NCBI GenBank assembly: GCA_017559855.1
Contig: JAFYQP010000016.1
Coordinates: 4,509 to 68,508, forward strand
From: Clostridia bacterium
Lineage (GTDB): Bacteria; Bacillota; Clostridia; Oscillospirales; JAAYXM01
Length of the DNA stretch: 64,000 nt
Reading direction: 5' to 3'
The notes below the pieces were generated by a model. The model had not been told where the DNA came from, did not search any database, and saw only the letters and a program-made list of their open reading frames with translations. Of this stretch, positions 48,932 to 55,586 are shown piece after piece. Each line of letters starts with the position of its first letter. The first letter of the stretch is position 1. The translations under genes and the position numbers were made by a program.

Positions 48932-49615
48932 TCACTCCTTATTTAATCTCGCAAGTCGCTCACGCTCTGCCTGCGGCTTACGTAAATATTCAAGTTTTAA
49001 TTCATAAGCGTGGCTGCCCTCTTTATCTTTTGCAACCTCGCACACACCCCACGCACGTGGGTATCGCACATTTTCATATGTAAGACAAAGATTTGTATGC
49101 GTTAAGTTTTTATAACACAACTCTGCCCCGTCGCCTAAAAGAACAACTCTTTCTTCATTTTTTATTTCAGTATCAAGGTCGGCAATTGTTATTGCACGAT
49201 CATCACATACCCGAACAATTTCACCGTCCTGCCACTTAAATGAAGCCTGATACACTTGCCCTGCACGGGCATCCATAACCGGACATAAAAGCCCGTCAAA
49301 GCCCCTGACGTTCTGCACCATTGCCTCCAGAGTGGAAACGCCCACACAAGGGATGTCCTTCGACCAGGAAAGTCCCTGCACAACGGCAGCACCTATCCTG
49401 AGACCTGTAAATGAACCCGGTCCTGCAGATATGGCAATTTTGTCAATACTATCAATGGATATATCACTTTGACGCATCATATCCTGAATCATGGAAAGTA
49501 CGGTCTTGCTATGGGTAAGACCGTTATTGGAAAACGTCTCGCAAAGGATTTTTCCGTCATCCCACATGCAGACCGATGCCGCTTTTGCCGACGATTCAAT
49601 ACCTAATATTCGCAT
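48932..49615 (-). CDS. tsaB: tRNA t6A biosynthesis protein TsaB
   Basis: ILGIESS..., GPGSFTGLRIG motif, adjacent to tsaE. Confidence 0.85.
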   Translation of the reverse strand: MRILGIESSAKAASVCMWDDGKILCETFSNNGLTHSKTVLSMIQDMMRQSDISIDSIDKIAISAGPGSFTGLRIGAAVVQGLSWSKDIPCVGVSTLEAMVQNVRGFDGLLCPVMDARAGQVYQASFKWQDGEIVRVCDDRAITIADLDTEIKNEERVVLLGDGAELCYKNLTHTNLCLTYENVRYPRAWGVCEVAKDKEGSHAYELKLEYLRKPQAERERLARLNKE

Positions 49616-49619
49616 TTGC

Positions 49620-50081
49620 TCATTTCACTTTCTTAATAATAATTTTTCTCTCCGATTCGTCTATTCCCTGTGATATATGCACCTCATAGTCCGGTGAATA
49701 TGCACCCTCTGCATTTTCAAACCATTCGATTACGCATGTACCGCCACGGGTTAAATAGTCATCAAAGCCAATATCAAAAAGTTCATCCGCACCTGAGAGG
49801 CGGAAAAGATCAAAATGGAAAAGAGAGAGATTCCCATAATACTCATTTACAATTGCATAGGTCGGGCTTGTAACACGGTCACTTATACCGAGTCCTCGTG
49901 CAATACCACGGGTAAAGGCTGTCTTGCCCATTCCCATACCGCCGTACATTGCAACAATGTCACCGGCCTTTAAACTTTTGGCAAAATCCTCGCCTATTTT
50001 TTCCGTCTCGCACTCATTCTGTGCCGTAAGTTCCGTTATTTTAGAAAAGTCCATCAATTTCACCGTTTTTGTCAATATCAA
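49620..50081 (-). CDS. tsaE: tRNA t6A biosynthesis ATPase TsaE
   Basis: Walker [26 protein letters not shown]. The true start is probably the internal Met at 50054. Confidence 0.85.
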   Translation of the reverse strand: MILTKTVKLMDFSKITELTAQNECETEKIGEDFAKSLKAGDIVAMYGGMGMGKTAFTRGIARGLGISDRVTSPTYAIVNEYYGNLSLFHFDLFRLSGADELFDIGFDDYLTRGGTCVIEWFENAEGAYSPDYEVHISQGIDESERKIIIKKVK

Positions 50082-51711
50082 TTTTCTCAGCAGCAGGAAT
50101 TTTGGGAAGGCCCGGCATTGTCATAATGTCCCCCGCAAGTGCAACCACAAAACCTGCACCTGCACTAAGGCGAACACTCTTAATGTTAAGAGTAAAGTTC
50201 TTTGGACGTCCGAGCAAGGTCTGGTCATCAGAGAGAGAATACTGTGTTTTTGCGATACAAACCGGACATTTGGAATATCCGAGTTTTTCAATCTGTGCAA
50301 TCATCTTTGCGGCAGCAGGTGCAAAGTTAACGCCGTCTGCACCGTAAATCTCCGTTGCAATTTTGCGGATTTTATCTGCAATTGAAAGATCATCCTCGTA
50401 AATCGGCTTGTAGTTTGACTTACCGGAATCCGCAACCGCAATAACCTTTTCGGCAAGTTCAATTCCACCCTCGCCGCCTTTTGCGAACACCTCACTGAGT
50501 GCATATTCCGCACCTAATCTGTCGCAGGTTTCTTTGATAAATCCAAGTTCCGCATCACTATCTGTGTGGAAACGGTTAATTGCAACGATTACAGGAATGT
50601 TATACTTTGATAAATTCTCAATGTGTGCCTCTAAATTTACAATACCCTTTTTAAGTGCATCAAGGTTCTCAGCCGCTAAATCTGCCTTTGCTACGCCGCC
50701 GTTATACTTAAGTGCACGAACGGTAGCAACAAGCACTACGCAATCGGGTTTAAGTCCTGCCATGCGACACTTGATGTCAAGGAACTTTTCAGCACCCAGA
50801 TCCGCACCGAAGCCCGCCTCTGTAATAACGTAATCTGCAAGTTTAAGAGCAAGTCGGGTTGCTCGAACAGAGTTGCAGCCGTGTGCGATATTTGCAAAAG
50901 GTCCACCGTGCATGATGCAGGGAGTTCCCTCTAGAGTCTGTACGATATTGGGGAGAATTGCATATTTCATAAGTGCGGTCATAGCACCTTCCGCCTTTAA
51001 ATCACGGGCATAAATCGGCTCACCTGCGTATGAATATGCAACGAGAATCTCACCGAAACGGCGTTTTAAATCCTCAAGGTCACGGCTTAAGCAAAGAATA
51101 GCCATAATCTCACTTGCAACGGTAATCATAAATCCGTCCTCACGGGGTACGCCGTTTGCTTTTCCGCCGAGACCGATGGTTATATTGCGAAGTGCACGGT
51201 CATTCATATCGAGAACACGTTTAATCTCAATTCGTCTGGGATCAATTTGCAGAGTGTTCCCCTGCTGTATATGGTTATCGATAAGTGCACACAAAAGATT
51301 GTTCGCACTTGTGATTGCGTGCATATCACCGGTAAAGTGAAGGTTAATGTCCTCCATGGGAAGCACCTGAGCATAGCCACCGCCTGCCGCACCGCCTTTA
51401 ACACCGAAAACAGGGCCGAGAGACGGCTCACGCAGAGCGATAACCGCATTTTTATTAAGTTTGCCCATTGCTTGTCCAATACCTACGGTTGTGGTTGTTT
51501 TTCCTTCACCTGCAGGGGTTGGGTTAATTGCGGTAACTAGAATAAGCTTACCATCACGGTTTCCCTCAACACGAGAAATAAAATCCTCACTTACTTTTGC
51601 CATATAGTGACCATAGGGCACAAGGTCATCTTCATTTATGCCGAGTTTTTTTGCAACTTCGGTTATTTTAAGCATCTTAGCACTTTTAGCAATTTCGATA
51701 TCTGTTAACAT
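50041..51711 (-). CDS. fhs: Formate--tetrahydrofolate ligase
   Basis: SDIEIA-like [18 protein letters not shown] and a PEGVP-like core. The 556-aa length is typical. Confidence 0.95.
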   Translation of the reverse strand: MLTDIEIAKSAKMLKITEVAKKLGINEDDLVPYGHYMAKVSEDFISRVEGNRDGKLILVTAINPTPAGEGKTTTTVGIGQAMGKLNKNAVIALREPSLGPVFGVKGGAAGGGYAQVLPMEDINLHFTGDMHAITSANNLLCALIDNHIQQGNTLQIDPRRIEIKRVLDMNDRALRNITIGLGGKANGVPREDGFMITVASEIMAILCLSRDLEDLKRRFGEILVAYSYAGEPIYARDLKAEGAMTALMKYAILPNIVQTLEGTPCIMHGGPFANIAHGCNSVRATRLALKLADYVITEAGFGADLGAEKFLDIKCRMAGLKPDCVVLVATVRALKYNGGVAKADLAAENLDALKKGIVNLEAHIENLSKYNIPVIVAINRFHTDSDAELGFIKETCDRLGAEYALSEVFAKGGEGGIELAEKVIAVADSGKSNYKPIYEDDLSIADKIRKIATEIYGADGVNFAPAAAKMIAQIEKLGYSKCPVCIAKTQYSLSDDQTLLGRPKNFTLNIKSVRLSAGAGFVVALAGDIMTMPGLPKIPAAEKIDIDKNGEIDGLF

Positions 51712-51793
51712 GTGCGGTCACCCCTCAATATAATCAAGATAATTATACTCCTCTTTTTTCCATCTATCAAGCATTTTTACGGAAATATAAAAT

Positions 51794-51821
51794 AAAAAAG
51801 GCGGAATATACCGCCTTTTTT
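51794..51821 (-). terminator. Terminator after the TIR-RCC1 gene
   Basis: Stem ggcgg/ccgcc with loop aatata is flanked by an A-run and a T-run. Confidence 0.7.
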
Positions 51822-52025
51822 ATTTTAATAATCTTTTGGTTTGCCGCATTTTACGCATTTTTTAGATAAAAAGCCTTTTAACTCACCACCGCAGTGCTGA
51901 CATACACCTGCATTACGGTACTGTTCTCTTTGCTTTCTTTCAGGTTCAGTTTTCTTCCATTGTTCTGCTCTGATTTTCTGCAGTTGCTCTAATGTAATAT
52001 ATTCTTTTGGCAGCATAATATTTTG

Positions 52026-52781
52026 CCAAGTTGATACATCACAAGCTCCACAAGAATTATCACCTGTAGCAACAACCGTTCCATCCGACTTCAAACCAAC
52101 GGTTTGAAATAATGCGGCAGAAATTGCAACTATATTTCTCCATTGATCTACATCACATTGACCTTTATATGTAAAGCCTAGGGGTTGTATATATTTTGTA
52201 GCTACAACTGCTCCATCCGATTTCAAACCAACGGTATGATGTACTCCGGCAGAAACGGCAACAATGTCATTCCAAGAAGAGACATCGCATTGTCCGGCTT
52301 GGTTCATTCCTGTAGCAACAACCGTTCCGTCAGCTTTAAGACCAACTGTGTGCCAAGATCCGGCCGCAATTGCTACTATATTACGCCAACCGCCTACATC
52401 ACAAGCTCCACAAGAATTATTACCATCAGCAACAACCGTTCCATCACGTTTAAGTCCAACTGTGTGCCGATAACCGGCCGCAATTGCTACTATATTACGC
52501 CAACCGTCCAAAGCACACTGGCCGTCAACATTATTGCCAACAGCAACAACCGTTCCGTCGGATTTAAGACCAACCACATGCGACGAACCTGATGAAATTG
52601 CAATTATATTTTCCCACTCAGAAACACCCTTCCACTTGGTTGAAACAACTGTACCGTCTGCCCTGAGTCCCGCCAATGTGCCATCTCCTGCAGAAACTGC
52701 GACTATATCCCGCCAATTTGCAGTCTTTTTCGTCTTTGTCGAGACAATCGTGCCGTCAGACTTAAGTCCTACGGTTATAGT
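52026..52781 (-). repeat. Coding tandem repeats (period about 111-120 nt) encoding seven RCC1-like blades
   Basis: Recurring DNA blocks (gcaacaaccgttccrtc..., attgcwactatattacgccaac...) match peptide units W.NIVAI.AG..HTVGLK.DGTVVA.G.N..G.CDV. Confidence 0.8.
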
Positions 52782-53439
52782 TGTTCCTGCATCAATGCAT
52801 GTCTGTAGGCTTTTTACAATTGCATTTTCTTTTTTCCGAGTTTGAATTATCAGGTGTTCCGCTTCTTTTTCCTTTTTTAATTGCTCGATTTTCGCACTAC
52901 ACTTTTCAAGCAATTCCTTTGAGTCTTTGTATTCAGCAATATCATTCAAAAGAGACCATGCTTTTTCATAGCATTCAAGTGTATCAGCTTTTATTAGTGA
53001 AGTTGCTTTAGCGTACGCTTTTTCTCGCATTTGTTCAGCTTCTTCTTGGCGTCTTTTTTCTGCCTCTCTGCGTTTCTCTTTGATTCGTTCATTTATCTTT
53101 TTCAATAAGCCTTCAACTTCTGCCTTCAGAGCATCATTTGCAAAGCGAATAATTTTTGGATAATTGGGATTATCTTCAAACGAAATTTCACATTTTGCCA
53201 AATCATTACGGCCTTTAACCTTTAAATCCGCCATGAGTTTACCCATGTATGCTTCTGCACACTCAGGATCAAGATCAAGGACTTTTTCTGCATATTCATT
53301 GGCACTGCCCCACTCGCCGTCCTCTAAGAACATAAACATTCTTTTTAAAAGAGGTGCGGTTGTGGCTGTTGCACTTGCAACACTTTGTGGTTCAACTACA
53401 ATCACGGTTTCCTTCTGTATAAAACGGCTGATATTTTCC

Positions 53440-54302
53440 ATTAAGTTCTTATAGAAGGTTACGTCGCCCATATCAAGTGCTTGTAGGTTTTTAAACGCCT
53501 TGGGGATATCGTATGCGTCGAGATTTTTGATACACGGGATAAGATGCTTGGATGAATCCTCCTGCATCATAGCAAGGTATCTGCCCCATTCATTCTTTAC
53601 CCAGGGTGCATCATAATACTCAAATTTTGTACCGATTGCAAGCATTACCTTTGCAGACTTAAGTGCGGCGTAGATATACGGTTCATACTCTGTTCCTGCT
53701 TTATCACGGAGTGTAACACGAGAAAAGAACACCTTGTATCCCGCTGAAATGAGTTCGGTATAAATATCCTGTGCGATACCACTGTCCTCGGTTCTTCCTT
53801 TTGTTACGTCATCGGTTTCTTTGTAGCAGATGAAGATGTCATACGGCTCCTCGCCCTCAACTACCTCGATAATTTTTCTCTGTAATTTGTCAATAGCCTT
53901 TGCTTCCTCGCGGTAGACGATACGTGCAGACGTGTCCGCACAATCGTATGCATAGGTAAAGTTCGCATCATCCATAATTGATGCGGTAATTGTACGATGA
54001 CAGGTAGGGATTTTCTTGCCGGTAACGCTATCATCAACATATTCAATTCCCTATGTACAGAGAACTAAACCCCAATAGCCTTCCGACTCCTCAGGATATT
54101 CTGCAACGATACTTTCATAAACGCCCGCCGCCTTATCGAACTCATTATCCATACGAAGGCGATTTGCACGATTGAATAGATTTGCCTTCTTCTCGTCATC
54201 CGCACCCGCCACGGTTTGTGTCGAGCCACAATATTCACATTCTATTACCCTTTCGTCGGTTACCTTAAGGTCGCCGCCGCACATTTTACACTTGAAAACC
54301 AT
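53440..54302 (-). repeat. Conserved 5' module (Zn ribbon, TPR and TIR), copy 1, direct repeat of 56680..57539
   Basis: I aligned the copies by eye. I count about 10 mismatches between 54008-54299 and 57245-57536, with lower but clear identity through the TIR domain. Confidence 0.8.
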
Positions 54303-54331
54303 ATCATTTCCTCCGCACAATTATTAGCATA

Positions 54332-54360
54332 ATTATACACCTTTCCCCTTAACTGTTCAA
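54332..54360 (-). promoter_or_regulatory. SigmaA-type promoter TTGAAC-17-TATAAT upstream of the interrupted TIR-RCC1 gene
   Basis: The hexamers were read on the minus strand about 30 nt upstream of ATG 54302. Confidence 0.55.
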
Positions 54361-54368
54361 GTTAAAAC

Positions 54369-54397
54369 TTGATAGCGGGGAGAAAATATGATAGTAT
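54369..54397 (+). promoter_or_regulatory. Promoter-like TTGATA-17-TAGTAT upstream of the SEDS gene
   Basis: The hexamers were read directly. It is divergent from the TIR-RCC1 promoter. Confidence 0.4.
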
Positions 54398-54419
54398 AGT
54401 TTTGTGAGGTGAAATTACA

Positions 54420-55544
54420 GTGCAGGATTTTTTAAAAAACCTTGGCATTTTTATTAAAAAACTTGATACCTGGCTTTTGATTCTTTCAATAATCGCATCG
54501 GCTTTCGGTATTCTTTTAATATCAAGTGCTACAAAAAGTTTTAACTCATCCACTTTTGTTACGGTGCAGTCTGTTGCCGCACTACTTGGCATAGTCCTTT
54601 ATGTAGTTATATCTCTTGTTGATTTGGACTCGGTTTGCGGTGCGTGGAAGATTCTTTATATTCTTAACGTTATCCTTATCGGCTCTCTCCTTATTTTCGG
54701 TACAGGTGGTGAGAGTACGGGCAACCGTGCGTGGATTCGTTTCGGCCCTATCGGCATACAGCCGGGTGAGTTTGGAAAAATTCTCTTTATTTTGACCTTA
54801 TCGGGACATATCTATCAAATGCGTGAAGGACTCCCCTCCCTTAAATGTATCGGTATGCTTATCTTACACGCCGCAATTCCAATCGGTATGGTTATTTTAA
54901 TTTCAAAAGACCTCGGTACCGCACTTGTGTATCTTTTCATCTTTCTTGTGATGCTTTTTTTTACCGGTCTTAAAGCCCGTTGGTTTTTAGGTGCGGGAGC
55001 ACTTGTGGGTGCCGCAACACCGCTTCTGTGGCCACTACTTAACAACTACCAACAGATGCGTATTCTGGTTGTTTTCAACCCCGAACTTGACCCTCTCGGC
55101 AAAGGTTATCAAGCGATACAAAGTAAGATCGCCTTGGGTAGCGGCGGTCTTTTCGGACGCGGATTATATAACGGTACGCAGACGCAATATGGTTACCTTC
55201 CCGCTAAACATACCGACTTTATTTTTGCCGCCGCAGGTGAAGAGTTGGGTATGGTCGGATGTATTGCCATTTGTATTTTGATTATTATGATAATCATTCA
55301 TTGCATACGTATTGCACGTCGCTCTATGGGTACGTCTGCAGCTTACGTTTGCATCGGCGTTTCCGCAATGCTTATTTTCCAATTTGTCGAAAACGTCGGT
55401 ATGTGTCTGGGTATGCTTCCCGTAATCGGTATTACTCTGCCGTTTTTCAGTTACGGTGGCTCGTCGGTGCTCACAATTTTTATGGCAATGGGCCTTATAA
55501 GTTGTGCAAAGATGAGGTCGGCACCACTTTGGATATCACAATAG
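54420..55544 (+). CDS. FtsW/RodA/SpoVE (SEDS) family peptidoglycan polymerase
   Basis: About 10 TM segments with SEDS motifs RAWIRFGPIGIQPGEFGK, AKHTDFIFAAAGEELG and LPFFSYGGSS. It uses a GTG start behind GTGAGGTG. Confidence 0.85.
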   Translation: MQDFLKNLGIFIKKLDTWLLILSIIASAFGILLISSATKSFNSSTFVTVQSVAALLGIVLYVVISLVDLDSVCGAWKILYILNVILIGSLLIFGTGGESTGNRAWIRFGPIGIQPGEFGKILFILTLSGHIYQMREGLPSLKCIGMLILHAAIPIGMVILISKDLGTALVYLFIFLVMLFFTGLKARWFLGAGALVGAATPLLWPLLNNYQQMRILVVFNPELDPLGKGYQAIQSKIALGSGGLFGRGLYNGTQTQYGYLPAKHTDFIFAAAGEELGMVGCIAICILIIMIIIHCIRIARRSMGTSAAYVCIGVSAMLIFQFVENVGMCLGMLPVIGITLPFFSYGGSSVLTIFMAMGLISCAKMRSAPLWISQ

Positions 55545-55545
55545 T

Positions 55546-55583
55546 AAAAAGGATGCTATCGGTTCACGATAGCATCCTTTTTT
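55546..55583. terminator. Shared convergent terminator between the SEDS gene and the second TIR gene
   Basis: An 11-bp stem ggatgctatcg/cgatagcatcc is flanked by an A-run and a T-run. Confidence 0.85.
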
Positions 55584-55586
55584 ATT

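Larger units (their letters stand above)
51825..54302 (-). pseudogene. Zn-ribbon/TPR-TIR protein with a coiled coil, a seven-blade RCC1-like propeller and a C-terminal Zn ribbon. One in-frame TAG at codon 84 interrupts it.
   Basis: Track ORFs 54051..54320 and 51825..53975 are in the same frame, and the stretch between them is open except for TAG 54051-54053. The paralogue has TAT at the equivalent codon. The start is ATG 54302 behind GGAGG. TIR-like motifs are YDIFICYKETDD and APWVKNEWGRY. Seven GL[KR]xDG[TA]xV repeats follow. The C-terminal motif is CQHCGG...CVKCG. Confidence 0.7.

Noticed and set aside
50041-50081. A 41-nt overlap of tsaE with the end of fhs.
   Set aside because: It is probably an artefact of the longest-ORF call. 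An internal Met at 50054 gives a normal TsaE N-terminus and a short overlap typical of coupled genes.
52185-52845. Repetitive plus-strand ORFs (135, 69 and 103 aa) and CRISPR-like periodicity in this region.
   Set aside because: The periodicity is the antisense image of the coding RCC1-like blade repeats. The repeat units are about 111-120 nt, degenerate and in frame. No short identical repeats alternate with unique spacers, and there are no cas genes.
54051-54053. The in-frame TAG read as pyrrolysine or another programmed recoding event.
   Set aside because: TAG terminates several ordinary genes in this window, and no pyl genes or recoding signals are visible. This cannot be excluded genome-wide from 64 kb, so the TAG is reported only as a lesion or polymorphism.
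54303-54320. A TTG-initiated N-terminal extension (MCGGND) of the TIR-RCC1 gene in the ORF track.
   Set aside because: The extension contains the GGAGG ribosome-binding site itself. The paralogue starts at the equivalent of ATG 54302 (MVFKCK versus MVYKCK).
54362-54592. A 76-aa minus-strand ORF across the SEDS gene start.
   Set aside because: It is antisense to the SEDS 5' end and its promoter region. It has no ribosome-binding site and no motif.
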